Shown here: piece by piece, positions 29,440 to 42,466 of the stretch
Numbering within the stretch: the stretch's first letter is position 1
Layout: every line of letters starts with the position of its first letter
From: Carpediemonas membranifera BICM
Taxonomy: Eukaryota; Protista; Fornicata
DNA length: 64,000 nt
Assembly (NCBI GenBank): GCA_019828565.1
Contig: JAHDYR010000015.1
Coordinates: forward strand, 237,926-301,925
Direction: 5' to 3'
Position numbers and translations under genes: made by a program
The notes under the pieces: model-generated
What the model saw: the letters and a program-made list of their open reading frames with translations, nothing else
Databases searched by the model: none
What the model was told of the DNA's origin: nothing

Positions 29440-30804
29440 ATGGACATCCCAATTGTTGAGGATATGGATGAGGTTATTGCGCCGCCGTCGACATTTAACT
29501 CACATATGGCGCATTGTAGGACTCCTTCAGCCTCAACGGCTCACAATGACCCAATTTTTCGAGATCTGGAGGAGTATACGGGAAGTCTGACGCTCCCGAC
29601 GCCTCAGTTCAGACCAGAGACCGTCACAGGACCAGATGACACGCTCCCGGAGCCCACGGGCTATGCTATGATCCATGCGTCCGATTTCCCCCAGGGAGTG
29701 ACGCGGCCCACACACCGCCGGCAGGCCTCTACGCCGGTGATGGGCAGCAAGTGCGATGTCAGCCCCGTGACCCACCGCCCTTCATCTGTGCGGAGTGCGG
29801 CCCCGTCGTCCTCATTGTTCCACCGCTCGCAGCACCGACTCGCTCAGCGAAAGGAGGCACTGGAGCAGCAGAAGAGGGAGAAGGAGGCGAAAGAGCTGGC
29901 AGAGTGCACGTTTAAGCCAACGATCAATAAGCGGCCGACCTCAGCAACACTTGTCCGGTCGGCCGAGGTCGACGTCGCCACCAGACTGTTTAACGAGAGC
30001 ATGAAGCGGAAGCAAGCAGCCCAAGCCATCGAGCAGACAAAGAACGAGCAGTTTAAGAAGACCCACACCTTCAGCCCCCACACGAACCGCTCGAGAAACC
30101 CCAGCCGGCCCACATCACGGGGAGCCGTGTTCGAACGACTGTACGACTCAAGACCGTCCAGCACAGGGCCAGAGTCACCGGCGAGTCGCACAGTCAGCTC
30201 AAAGCAGACTTTTGATGAGTTCATTTCCCGACAGCAACGTGCGGAGTTCCGAAAGAAGGTGCGGGCCGAGGAGGTGCTTCTCGGGGAGATGGCTCGGAGC
30301 ACGTTCAAGCCGATGATCAACAAAGCGAGCGAGAAGATGATCGACAGCCGGTCCGAGGCCTCGTGGGCCCGTCTGACCGAGCCCCGCAAGCCGGCGGCCG
30401 GGGAGGAATACTCATTCACCCCGTCTATCCAGGAGAGGTCGCGACAGATGCGGGGGCGGAGTGCGATGGAGCTGTCAGTGATAGACCCCATGAAGGCCCA
30501 GGTCAGGCGGGACCAGGCGAGGCGGGCGAAGGAGCAAGCCGAGGCAGAGGAGGCGACGTTCACGCCCAAAATAGTGTCCCGGTGTGCCAAGAGCCGGCTG
30601 GGAGCGATGCTGCAGGACCCCGCGCAGTATCTGCAGCAGCTATCAGCCTCAGCCCAGGCTAAGGAGGAGGAGCGGCAGCGTGTGTTCGCTCAGAGAGAGG
30701 AGGCGGAGTTGGAGGGGTGCTCGTTCAGGCCGACGATCAACGAGTGCCCCGCCTTCATGAAGAACGTGGCGGCCAGACGGAAGGCAATGCGGGGTGATGC
30801 CTGA
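29440..30804 (+). CDS. Protein with TFxPxIN / RLY repeats and coiled coils (function unknown)
   Basis: ECTFKPTIN, HTFSPHTN, TFKPMIN, YSFTPSI, ATFTPKI, CSFRPTIN. Confidence 0.8.
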   Translation: MDIPIVEDMDEVIAPPSTFNSHMAHCRTPSASTAHNDPIFRDLEEYTGSLTLPTPQFRPETVTGPDDTLPEPTGYAMIHASDFPQGVTRPTHRRQASTPVMGSKCDVSPVTHRPSSVRSAAPSSSLFHRSQHRLAQRKEALEQQKREKEAKELAECTFKPTINKRPTSATLVRSAEVDVATRLFNESMKRKQAAQAIEQTKNEQFKKTHTFSPHTNRSRNPSRPTSRGAVFERLYDSRPSSTGPESPASRTVSSKQTFDEFISRQQRAEFRKKVRAEEVLLGEMARSTFKPMINKASEKMIDSRSEASWARLTEPRKPAAGEEYSFTPSIQERSRQMRGRSAMELSVIDPMKAQVRRDQARRAKEQAEAEEATFTPKIVSRCAKSRLGAMLQDPAQYLQQLSASAQAKEEERQRVFAQREEAELEGCSFRPTINECPAFMKNVAARRKAMRGDA

Positions 30805-31079
30805 TAGCCGGTGTTTATGCAATGACGATCCTATGATACCATGGCCGAGTCGGGGCCGAGATCAGCAGCACTGCTGACAACTTCCCTGGAGTCAACCTCG
30901 TGTGGCATGTTGGGTAAACTACACTTGGCGGGGATAGAGGGGAAGTAAACAAGGAAAGTACTACTACTACTACCTGGACAGTATTGTTGACCGTACTGTT
31001 GATTGTTGCGCAGTATAAACACATTGTTCGCCCTTCAATAGCACATTGATGCAGGGATTAACCTGCGCACATTTGAGCA

Positions 31080-32306
31080 ATGGGGATTCAAAGGATCGTC
31101 CCAAAGCCAGTTAGGGCCGTTATTTCTACAATATGGACGCTAGTATTCAAGCGTCCTAACCCTCTGGTGATCTTATTCTACCTGGGACTCTGGATCGGCT
31201 CCGCTGTGCTGTCCTATTATGTATTTATGTCGCCCTGGTCCGCCCCAGTGCATGCAGATGGCAAATTCTTCCGTGTGGAGCAGCCCCCATTCATCCGTCC
31301 CATTTTCGAGGACGAGCCCGAGCTGTTTGGGAAGAACCTGAATGTCTTGCGGTTTAGCCCCCTGTACAGGCTGGTCATGCCCGTTGGGTACCTCTTAGCA
31401 GGCAGCCTCTTCATCCTTCTCGTATTCAGTGACCCTGGCTTCGTCGACCGTCTGAAGCCGTCCGAGAAGCATCTCCTGGACGTGCCCTACGACAACCAGT
31501 TCTACCAGCCCCAGCCCTGCGTCACCTGCCAGCACAATAAGCCCGCCCGGTCCAAGCACTGCCGCTACTGCAACACCTGCGTCCTTCGGTTCGACCACCA
31601 CTGCATTTGGCTCAACAACGACGTCGGCCTCTTCAATCACGGCTGGTTCCTCCTCTTCCTGCTCCTCCATTCCGTCGGGATGGGCGCCATCGTCGTATAC
31701 CAATGCCGCATTTTCGCATCGATGCTCCACGCCTTCGGTCTGCCCCTCACGTTCCGGGCCATCAAGATGCTCGGCAAGTACCTTCTCACGTACATTCCCC
31801 TCTTCGCCATGTCCGCCCTGTTCAACGCCACCATGGCTGTGGCCCTCGGGCTGTTCCTCCTGATGCACCTGTGGATGATGTCCAAGAACGTCACCACGAA
31901 CGAGATGGCCAAGCGCCAGACGGTGCAGATGGACCTCCGCGCCCGCCGACAAACCTATCTCCTCTGGGAACAGAGCACCGCTGTCGGCCAGCTCGCCAGG
32001 CTCGAGCACGAGACGCCCCAGCCGCTGTGGAAGCTGCTGCCTGAGATGTACGACAAGCCCAAGACCGCCCGGGAGCGGGAGGCAGCCCCGCGGTACTACA
32101 AGGTGGACAAGAAGGAGGCCAAGCGGACCTTCCTCTACAACCACTACAGGGCGGGGCGGGTCAGCAACATCGTCAGCACCCTGCGCCACACCAAGCTCAG
32201 GTTCGATCCCCAGCGTACAGTGAGGCGGCTGATGTCCATCCAGAACGAGGCGTACGACAGGGCCAAGGAGGTCGCGTGCGAGCAGCTGGACAAGAAGGAG
32301 GAGTAG
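31080..32306 (+). CDS. DHHC palmitoyltransferase (Swf1/ZDHHC4-like)
   Basis: CVTCQHNKPARSKHCRYCNTCVLRFDHHCIWLNNDVG, TTNE, four TM segments. Confidence 0.95.
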   Translation: MGIQRIVPKPVRAVISTIWTLVFKRPNPLVILFYLGLWIGSAVLSYYVFMSPWSAPVHADGKFFRVEQPPFIRPIFEDEPELFGKNLNVLRFSPLYRLVMPVGYLLAGSLFILLVFSDPGFVDRLKPSEKHLLDVPYDNQFYQPQPCVTCQHNKPARSKHCRYCNTCVLRFDHHCIWLNNDVGLFNHGWFLLFLLLHSVGMGAIVVYQCRIFASMLHAFGLPLTFRAIKMLGKYLLTYIPLFAMSALFNATMAVALGLFLLMHLWMMSKNVTTNEMAKRQTVQMDLRARRQTYLLWEQSTAVGQLARLEHETPQPLWKLLPEMYDKPKTAREREAAPRYYKVDKKEAKRTFLYNHYRAGRVSNIVSTLRHTKLRFDPQRTVRRLMSIQNEAYDRAKEVACEQLDKKEE

Positions 32307-32678
32307 TGCAGTAAAGGTGTACCATACGATGATGGAGGCTTCTCCTGTCGTTTAAAATGTGTCGACCCGTCTGATGGCTAAGGTTTACTATGTCAGGAAA
32401 GCTGTTCAGCCCGCAGCCCGAGTTATCATGCAGTCGTTGTCTACAAAGTCTGTAGATATGGAATGCATGATAACTTTGGATGCGGGCTGAAGAGCTTTCG
32501 AGAACAACGCGACCGGTCACAGCATGTTTCGGATGCCATACCGTCAACATCGCTGTATCATCCCACTGCACGACCTTCAGAGCAACGGAGTCGTCATTGT
32601 CGCGAATGGCGTTAACCAATCAAATCGGATCCTGTTGAATCCAGAGTCGACCCTAAACTGCACACTCACAATTAGCGA

Positions 32679-34141
32679 ATGCCGATGAGTGTTGTAATCA
32701 TTGAAGACACGCTCAGCTACATTGCAGCTAATGTTGCCTACACCGCTGTTGTAGTTTCGATCCTCCTCGTCGCTTTTGCTTGGCGTTTCATCACTCACCA
32801 ACTTAAGCGGCGTGTCTTTGTGGAAGACTTCTACTGCTATCAGCCCTCCAAGGATAGCCACCACACCGCTCAGGATATTTTCGACAACGTGATCATGGAG
32901 CTCAACGTTTCCGACGGCAACAAGGCTTTTCTGGGCAAGATGATGATGCGTTTGTCCCAACCATTCAATCCTCTCACACAGGCTCTGGTCTTGGCAACGA
33001 CACCTCTGCCCCCCACAACATGATGAACAAGGACTTCTCCGCCGCCTCCAACCACCGCGAGATGGAGCTGTACCTCGAGTCTGCCATGGACGGCCTCCTC
33101 GCCCGCACCGGCATGAACGCCAAGGACATCGACTTCCTCGTCGTCAACTGCTCGTGCTACTGCCCCACGCCCTCGATGACTGCATGGATCGTCAACCACT
33201 ACAAGATGCCCTCCAAGGTCCGTACCTTCCAGATCGGCGGCATGGGCTGCTCCGCCTCCATGATTGGCGTTGACCTCATCAACGACCTCCTCAAGGCCAA
33301 CCCCGGCAAGAACGCCGTGCTCGTTTCCACCGAGGTGCTGACGTCCCAGATGTACCACGGCGAGGACCCGTCGTACTCCCTACAGGGCGCCCTCTTCCGC
33401 TCCGGCGCCGCCGCCATCCTCTTTAGCGGCAAGAAGACCCGCATGTCCCGCTACGAGGTGCTGCACTGCATTAGAACCCACCACGGCCGCCGCGACGACG
33501 CCCACAACTGCATCCTGCTCCAAGAAGACCCCCAGGGCTACCGCGGCGTGCGCTTGAACAAGGAGATCCCCAAGGTGGCCGGCAAGGCCATCGAGGAGAA
33601 CATGACCCGCCTTGGCGAAGCGATGCTGCCGCTGTCCGAGAAGTTGAAGTTCATCTGGATCAACATGGTCCTCCGCAAGGCCTTGGGTCGCACCAAGGTC
33701 GCCATGTACCAGCCTGACTTCAAGAAGGTCATCCATAGCTACTGCATCCACACGGGCGGCCGGGGCGTCATTGACACCGTCGAGAAGAACCTCCGTCTCT
33801 CTCCAGAGCACGTCGAGGCCTCCCGCGCCACCCTGTACCAGTACGGTAACACCTCGTCGTCCTCTGTGTGGTACGAGCTCGCCTACCTCGAGCAGCACAA
33901 GCTTACGCGCCCCGGCCATGTCATATGGCAGATCGCCTTTGGCTCAGGATTCAAGGCTAATTCATGTGTGCTTAAGGCCCTCCCCGGGTGCAAGAAGAAC
34001 CCCGTCGACTTCAATGTCCACAACCCCACCTGGCGCTACAGCAAGGAGACGTGCCCGCCGCCCACCCTGGAATTCCCCCCCAATATCACCGCATGTATTG
34101 AGGCCCACAGGGCTCAGAAGGCCGCGGCCGGTTCACAATAA
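32679..34141 (+). CDS. 3-ketoacyl-CoA synthase (FAE1/KCS-type elongase), intron 32950-32981
   Basis: Splicing gives MRSGLGNDT; GGMGCSA, CIHTGGRGVID, YGNTSSSSVWYELAY, QIAFGSGFK. Confidence 0.93.
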
Positions 34142-34274
34142 ATGTCCGATAATTAGAGTATTTATTTCTGTTGGCTGGTTGACGATCTGTAAGGCGTTGA
34201 TCGGGCGCCATGTTACGCCGTGCGCTGCTTGGTCCGGTGTTGTCCCGATTGCCCGGTGAAATGATGTATTCATT

Positions 34275-34690
34275 TACCGCTCGATGAGCGGGATGGCCAT
34301 CGGCCAGCGGGGTCGCGTGCCCCAGTCCGGACAGCGCTAGATGAGCCTGAACGCAGCCGGCAAGTCCGTGGAAGTCTACCTACGCGGCGTCGGTGGGTTC
34401 CTAACCCGGCCCGGCTGGTACGGCAAACTCTAGACCCGACCCCGCCCTGGCGGGTGCCTGAAACATGGCGAGCGGGTCAAGGAAACTCCAGGACCTCCCG
34501 GGGGAGGGGGGAAACGTACGGAAGGCCCCTGACAGCAGCGTGCAGGGCAAAGCTTTGTAGGTGCCAGGCAGACCGGGGACTTAAAGGCCCCCAAGAGTAA
34601 GACCTGGGTTAGCCTAACTTTGGGGGTATTAATGTGGCCATGTATAGGACCCTTCTAGCGTACCAGCTAGGCCTTGACGGCCGTTGTTCA
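34275..34690 (+). ncRNA. Unidentified highly structured RNA candidate
   Basis: No ORF; nested stems (CAGCCGG/CCGGCTG, GACCCG/CGGGTC, CCCGCC/GGCGGG, CCCTG/CAGGG, CCCCCAA/TTGGGGG). G-U pairs and A-rich loops favour the + strand. Confidence 0.55.
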
Positions 34691-34897
34691 CGCCCTCTGT
34701 CATAAGGCATCCACGTCCGCAGTTTATGTAAATGTTCCAATCTCTTCGCCCCGGCACACCTCTTAGGAAGTGTTAGTGTAGTGGTCGCCTGACCCGTATA
34801 TATTTAGGCCATATTTACCACTAGGGTTCGACCCTATTTGAACACTTCGCATTGATTGTTGTTGTTCTGTGCCCACCACAGTAATATTACTATCTAG

Positions 34898-37800
34898 ATG
34901 AACGTAGAACAACTATCAACTAACTTTCCTGGCACCCTATCTCACTAGTACGAAGCCTAAGGCATGGTATTCATTCCGGGAAGCCTTCATTGCCCATTAC
35001 GCACGAAACGCCGCTTCCAAGCCTCTGATCTTCGATTACGTCGCAGCGACGGTTTTGAAGATCATGTTCCTCGAATGCCCGGACCTCGAAGACCTTATTA
35101 CTCGTGCCCGTGAGGTCACACAGCAACCCCGCGCTGCGCCTAGGGACCCCCTTCTGTTCCTCGCGCCCCCTGAGTCTGACACTGATGACGACACCGAGTC
35201 TGACACTGATAGTTCGGTCTCCGACGAGTCCGAGCATCTACCCGTTCACACACCCGAGACCCCTAACGACTTCAACAAAAGATTTATCTCAATGGTGAAC
35301 GACATCTTCGGACCCCTCGACCGTCAGGACGCGCTCGACCGATTTGACTCGATTACCTTTGACACCGCCAGCAAGAACGTTTATGAGTCCATGCTCTACT
35401 ACACGTTAATCTACCAGCGGACACTCGAAAACTGCGCCTCTGTACCCCCGAAGCAGTCGAGCCTCGTAGCCAAATTCCTGAAGGGCATCCGCAATGATCG
35501 CTTACGTGAACGCTGTAAGACCTTTGAGGATAAGTCCTCCATCGCCAACACCATGCGCGCCGCTCTCTCCCAAGCCAAGAAGATGCAGCAAGCCGAGAAG
35601 GAATCCCACAAGTCGCGGAAGAAGGACGTAAATGATAGGTCCTACGCGCACGATTTCCTCGCTGCTACAGTTGAAGAGTACTTAGACGCAATGTCAGCCG
35701 AAACGCCCGAAGACGATCAAGCAGAACACCGCCCAGTCTTCAAAGTCAGACTGCACGGATCCTCCGTGCGCGCCCTCTACGACACAGGTGCCACCGCCAA
35801 CTTCCTCCATGAGGCGAAAGCGAAGTCCCTGGGCCTCACCCCCATTCCTGAGTGCCACAGGGTTCGCCTCATGTCAGGCCAACTAATCAACACCTCCCAC
35901 GTGGCCTACGATACTGTCCTGTACCCTTCTGTGACAGGTAGACCCCTCTCTGTACGCACAAAGTTTATCCTCATCTCACTCGACCATTACGATGCGATCA
36001 TCGGGTTCCCACTCCTGCGCAGCGCGGGACTGATCGAGATACCCTCGCCTGACCCGACTCCGTCAAACCAGAACGACGACGACGAGATGTTCGAAAACGA
36101 GGTCGAGAGAACAGCCCCAGAATATGTGCAGTTTGCAGAAGCCAGCCAAAGGATTGTTGAAAAGTTCCCAGGCCTATTCGGGGACATTTCCAGCCCGTCC
36201 AAGCTCCCAGCATTCTCCCTGAAGACCAAGAATGACCAGGTCATCAACTGCTTCCCATATCGTCACGGCAAGCAGGTGGAAGATGAGGTTAATCGCCAGG
36301 TTAAGGAGCTGCTTGCTCTGGACGTCATCGAGCCTTCGGACTCAGCCTTCAATAACCCCATCGTCATGGCAAAGAAGAGAGGCAACAAGCGTCGCCTCTG
36401 CCTCGACTTTAGACGGCTGAACCTTATCACCCAGGCCGAGGAGCATCCCCTACCCCTCATCGACGACTTGATTGATCACCTACAAGGCCAACAGTTTTAC
36501 GCCACGCTGGACCTATCCAAAGCGTTCCACCAGATCATAATCAACCAGGACTCGCGCAAGTATACCGCTTTTTGTGGCTGGTGGGAAGAAATACCAGTAT
36601 AAGCGGATGCCCTTTGGGCTTCGTAATGCTCCCATCCACTGCCAGAAAGCCATGGAACACATTCTGGGTCAATCCCTTTATACTCAGTGTCTCGCTTACA
36701 TAGATGACATTGTCGTCTTTGGAGCGAACCGTGACGAGTTCCTGAAGAATCTGGAGGACGTGTTAGCTCGCATCCACGCGGCCGGTCTGAAGCTTAATCC
36801 TTCCAAGACGGTCATTGGAGCGACTTCCATCGACTATTTGGGCTGGCGAGTAGACAAGGACGGTAAGCGGATCTCCCCCGACCGTCTGGAGGCCATCCAT
36901 GATCTCAAGGAGCCGACTAGTCTGACGGACGCCCGAGCCTTGCTCGGGTTCGCGAACTACTTTCGAGCACTCATTGAGCGTTACGTCGATATGACTGAAC
37001 CCATCACCGAGCTCACCCGAGCCGCCGAAAAGTTCGTTTGGGGCGACCGACAACATGACGCGTTTGAGCAGATTAAGCGAGAGCTTCTACTGCAGCGCAC
37101 GCTGGTCCACCCCTGTCCCGACGAACATCTCCACATTTTTACGGACGCATCAGACTACGGCATTGGTGGCGTGCTGATGAACGCGGAGTTTAAGCCCATC
37201 GCGTTCTTCGCCAAGACGCTCACGCCCCAACAGCGCCGTTGGTCTACGATAGAGAAAGAGTGCTACGCTCTGTACTTCGGTACTACCAAGTTCAGACGCT
37301 ATCTCGCTGGACGAGACTTCACAGCTCATCTAGATCACCGTAACTTGGTCTACATGGACCGTTCCTTGAATTCCAAGGTGATTAGGTGGAGCCTCGCGCT
37401 GTCTGAGTACTCATTCGACATCGTACACGTTCCAGGTTCCGACAACTCTGTAGCGGACACCCTGTCCCGCCTCGTTCACCTGGACGAGACCTCCGTCGAA
37501 CCTTCCCCTCCACCCGAGGCGCATCGGGAATCCTTCCAAGAAGCACATGGCGGAGATGCTGGTCACCTTGGCCGTGATGCCACCTGCAAACGCATCATAG
37601 CCGCCGACAAGGGGCTGGCCTGGCATGCGCCGGGACGTTACTGCCTGGATAAGACAGTGCCCTGTTTGCCAGTTGACACGCCTCAAGCTTTCACCGTTTC
37701 CCCAAGCGACCCATCCCATGACCGGCAGCCGACCCTTCGAAGTAGTGGAGGCCGACACCATTGGTCCCCTCTCACTGCCCGGGCAACACCGCTACGCGGT

Positions 37801-38007
37801 TGTGATTATCGACACGTTTACTAGACTCACCCAAGCCTACCCCACGAAGAGCACGGACGCTGTATCTGCACGTTCGGCTTTATCGACATGGATGAAACAC
37901 TATGGCTCCCCGACATGCTTGATTACCGATGGTGGCTCACAGTACCATAACAGAACCATCAGAGAATTTTGCCAAGACCACGGTATAAGACACGAGATCG
38001 GTACGCC
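34898..38007 (+). pseudogene. Element A gag-pol, 5' part (frameshifted)
   Basis: LYDTGA, LDLSKAFHQI, YIDD, TDASDYG, ADTIGP..ITDGG. Confidence 0.9.
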
Positions 38008-38219
38008 TGTGGTTCAATGGGTGTTGAACTTTTACTGAGGAGAAGACTCGACACAAGGGTGTCGAGGAGAAACTCCTTGACTATTAAATATAACGTAAAT
38101 CTGTGTAACTTTGGGTAGGACCCACAACACTGCCCCTCCATGCCTGGTATAGGCATGACAGAGAGACTTGACGTCAGCATTTCACCAAAGGCCTGGACGG
38201 TGCCACCCGACCGCCAACG

Positions 38220-41200
38220 AAAGAAAGAAGAAAGAAATTTATGGTGCTTGGATTCTGACCCCGGACTGAGCTTGTTTCCCGTTGTCTTGGAGCTGAGTGC
38301 CCCGGGGTACTGCCTATTTCCCGTGGCAAACTGGTCAGCAGCGTTTGCCTTGGGCTTTCGGTGCTACTGTCTCCGCGGAAAGCCGATTCCAATCGCCCCA
38401 GAGGCCCTGCGGCCATCTCCGTGCAAATATGCTTTCCTGTCTCCCTGAAAGTCCGGCAACTATCCGGGGAGCCTGGGGGTCTGTCCTCGGGGCATTGACA
38501 GGCAGGATCGTCCTGCAGAACCTTGACTATGACACTCCTTGCTTCCCTGCAGTCCTTGTAGAGCCGTTCAGCCACGGCACCCTCTCGTCTGTCCGGTTCC
38601 CCAATTCCATGCCCCCTCGACTCTGTTAAGAAGCCTACCCGAAGGCGGGGGAAAGTGACTAAGTCCATGCTGTCTACCCCGGTTAGGTGGCGTGGGTCAG
38701 GGCATGGGTGGTGTACCCCCAGGCACTAGGCCTGGTTGTCCTGTTACCCCTTACAACATTTCGCTTGCACTACATGTCCTTGGTTTCCCATGTCGTTAAC
38801 AAGGGCGGCAGGGGCACCTGTGCCCCTCCGACCCCCGTGGCCAGTCCCTGCAGTTTCCTTGGGGTCCCAACGAGTGGTGCAACCATATGAATATGGATTT
38901 CCTTGACCTTATCCTTGCTCTGTCCTTGTTGCATGTCCTTTCTTTCTTATTTCTGGTCTGTCCTTCCTGTTATTTCCTTGCAGTCGTTCCTTCCCTTGCT
39001 TTGGTTCCTGGCTACCGGGATACGTGGGGCCTTTCCTCACTGATCCCAGGAGCTTAGCACCAGCGAGGGTGGTCCATGGCTGATTCCTTGTCCATCCCTT
39101 CCCGGTCCTGGAGTCAGGGGTTCATGACATGCTTCTATTCCACCTTGAAGCTGTCGTAAACCTTTGCCAGTTCCCGTAGTCCTGCCGTGAGGCCTTCCCA
39201 AATGTCCTCCGAGCCCCATATTATTAGTTGCTGTAATTCTAGGATGGGTCTTTCCTGGTACCATTCGCCCTGGGGGCCCTGCCTTACTTCCAAGTCCTTA
39301 GTTTTGTGCTTCGCTGCTGTCCACAGCTTTGTCCAAGCTTCTCCCCTGTCTACTGCCGGGCATTCACAGATTATGTGCGCTGCCGATCCTAGCCTCTGGC
39401 CCTCTGCCCACTCCCCTGATCATTTCCTGCTTCCTTGCTGGTCCTGGCTTTTCCCTAATGATCCTGTAGAACAGGCTCACCTCCGACTCCTCCGAGCATA
39501 GGGGGCATAGTCTGCTAATTTCTCTCTTCAGGTCAGCGCCTTGGGCCAGCTCTGTGATGGCTCTCATAGGGCCCTCCCCTCTCTCTGCCGACGATGGGGA
39601 TGGGCTGACATTGGCTGCAATGGATACAATTCTCTTCCATTCCGCCCTGCTTTGCCCCTTCCCAGCCTTTCGGTCTACCGTAGGCTTACCTTGCAGACAC
39701 TTGCTTAATTTCCTTGTCCCCATGATTTCCATTAATCCTAGTGCCGTACGGCTTTTGCACCGCTTCATCCACCCCCTCCTGATCGTTTCCATGCCATAAT
39801 CCAGTAGCGCTGGTTTAGGGGCTCCCTCTCTGGTGCCCTCCAGTAGATGCTGCACTCTCTCCCTAGCTTCCCACATAACCGTGCCCCGCCCCCATTCTCT
39901 GTTTCTGACTGGTATATCCTGGTCCCTGTAGTTGACTATCCTTTTGACTGCCAGCCATTCCATGTGTGCCTGGAGGTCCACCCATCCATTCATCAGCCTC
40001 ATGGCTGCGCCCCCTCCCGGTCCTGTTCCTGCCATGATTCCCTGCCAGTCATTCCAGATCCTTCTACCTCCCGGTGCGTTCCCCCACACCTCGACTCCGA
40101 AGAGGATCCTGGGCCATATATATATTTCCAGTAGTAGCCTGCTCGCTAGTGCTGGCATGTTTGCCCTGGTCCACCCTGCCCATCTCACCAGTCTCTTGTA
40201 CCTTTCGCTCTGCTCCTGTTTCCGCCTTATGCAGGCCGACATAGGGTCCTTCCCACTTGCGATCCATAATCCCAGGTATCTCGCCTCCTTCTCTGGCAGT
40301 AGTGTTACCCCCTCGATCCTGACTAGGGCTGTTCTGTCCACGCTAATCATTACATTCTTCTGGGCGTTCACCCTCATTTCATGCTCTCTGATTATGTCCA
40401 CCATTATGTTGGCGACCATCTGGCTATGCTCCGGTTTGCTCCCTGTGACCGCAGTGTCATCCACAAACATGGTAAGTGCTGCCGGTAGTCGGTCGCTGAG
40501 GTGGCTCGTGGTCCTTGGCGGTTCTCTGATGTCGTACCGTTCTCCCTTGATTTTCTTTCTGGCCAGGTGGGGCCAGTTAGCCATGAACAGCACAAACAGT
40601 GTCGGTGCCAGGACGCACCCTTGCTTAACTCCCCTGTTGGTTCTTTCCCATGCCTTTGCCCCCTTGACTGATATCCAGGTTTCCTTTATTGTGCCTTGAA
40701 TTGCCCTGATCAAGTGCTCCTCCACCCCCATACCCTGTAGCTTATCCATGAGAATGTCCCTTGGTACCGTGTCATATGCCTTCTCGATGTCCAGAAAGAT
40801 TGACGTGGTCTCACCCCCTCCTGGTGCCGCTGCACAATGTACTGTATCTGCTGGATGACGTCCCTGTCTGACTGGAAACCAGCCTGTTCTCTTGGTATGA
40901 ACCTTTTCGTTGCTGCTTCCAGACGTATCTTGAGCAATCTACCATAGACCCTGTACAGCAGTGGTGTCAAGGATATTGGTCTATATGATTCCGGCTTGAC
41001 CCTTGGCTTCCCTTTCTTGTGTATGGCCGACACTGTGGCATACTTCCATGCTTTGGGTACGTCGCCCTCCCTGTAGACCCTGTTGATGAGCCTCGTCACT
41101 TCCCTAAGGCCTTTCTCATCCAGCTCTCTCAGCATGTCTCCAGATGTGAGGTCAGGCCCTGGTGCGGTGTCCCTCCTGATCCTTTTGATTGCGGCTTTGA

Positions 41201-41946
41201 CCTCGCTTTCCTTGAACTCATTTCCGTCCCTGCCCCTCCATGTCTTCCAGGTGGGTTCCCTGCCTCTGCTGACTCTAGCATACTGTTGCAAGAGGATCTC
41301 GCTGATGGCCGCCTTGTCCGTGGTTATCACTCCGTCCTTGAGGAGGCTCTCCGGCATTCCCTTGTATTGGTTGTCACACCACCACCTTCTGATGGCAGCT
41401 TCCACTGAGGCCCTTGAGGCCCTATACCCCCTTTTTGCACTTCTGCTGATGTCGGCCACCCATTTGGCCCTGCGCTCTCCCCAGTATTTCTCCAGCTCCT
41501 CTTTCATCCTTTCCTTCCTGGTCCTGTTGCCTATTTCTGTCCATGGGGTTCGCTGGAGTTCGCTCCACACTCCGTTCCCGAACACTTTGTCCCTTGCCTT
41601 TGCTCCCCTGTTGTTCACTGGGTCGCCCATGCATGCTCTTATAGTCTCTTCCCATTGGTCCGAGCTCTTGATCCTGTTCAGCTTTGAGACTGTGACTGGC
41701 CCCTCCTTCTTTTTCATGGGCCAGGTGTGCACCTCGGGTATGGCCAGAGCCACGTCTCGCTCACTTCTGCCATAGTACCGTTGTTCCTTCCATGCTAGTG
41801 TGATTCCATTGTGTGCTGAGCCCCATACCCCGACCTTCTGAGACTCTACCACCTCAATCTCCGCCCCCTGGATTCCTGGTGTTGTCACTGCAAAGTCCGG
41901 GGTTGATGTTCCTGATGTGAGCGTCCCAGACTTGGGTATGATGGCT
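38220..41946 (-). mobile_element. 5'-truncated APE-type non-LTR retrotransposon with a 15-bp TSD
   Basis: ACCCGACCGCCAACG at 38205-38219 and 41947-41961; (TTTC)n-like 3' tail. Confidence 0.93.
39364..41946 (-). pseudogene. LINE ORF2: end of AP endonuclease plus reverse transcriptase, frameshifted
   Basis: STPDFA..SAHNGI, APGPD, SYRPISL, QAGF, GVKQGCVLAPTLF, MFVDD, RYLG, CPLC. Confidence 0.92.
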
Positions 41947-42466
41947 ACCCGACCGCCAACGGTGACTCATAGGGCTGGCAACCCCATGGCCTGAGTGCTT
42001 TCGCATCTAGCTGAACGAAATCAAAATGATGGTATCATGATCTAACTGCGGTACCGCTATGTGAGCTCTGTTTCAAAAATGGTGAAACGTGACGGAGAGG
42101 CTTACCACTGCCCCTCCACGGCCTTCCTAGGCCGTCTTCACAAACCTTATACGTGTTATATGCCATTCCATGTAATTCGAAGGCCAAGAACGATTGCTCT
42201 AGCAAACACTGCCAATGCTGAGCCCTTATCGCTCATAATCACACAGACGCCGAAAAACGTACTTAGAAGCTCCAATTCGGCTCCGTTGAGGAGTTCTGAG
42301 GCTTCTAATTTTCTGCGTCCAACTGTACTTGAATAACAACATCAAACTGACCGGAAGGAGCACTAGGAAGCTCCTAATGCCTTATTACCGACAATAAATG
42401 CATGCTTGAAGACTAAGATGACCTTGTTAGTTGTTCCTTCGACCGTTTCCGAGAAATGTGCAGGAT

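Noticed and set aside
34336-34430. Hammerhead ribozyme or telomerase template (CCTAACCC)
   Set aside because: The core reads CUAGAUGA..CAAAC rather than CUGANGA..GAAA; the CCTAACCC is buried in a hairpin.
34300-34620. RNase MRP/P RNA (minus-strand AAGUCCCCGG..ACUGGGGC; plus-strand GGAAACUCC)
   Set aside because: Conserved regions are incomplete or out of order, and G-U pairs favour the plus strand. Not excluded without cmscan.
38128-42118. CACTGCCCCTCCA as the LINE TSD
   Set aside because: It is the duplicated PPT also present in element D; the real TSD is the 15-mer at 38205 and 41947.
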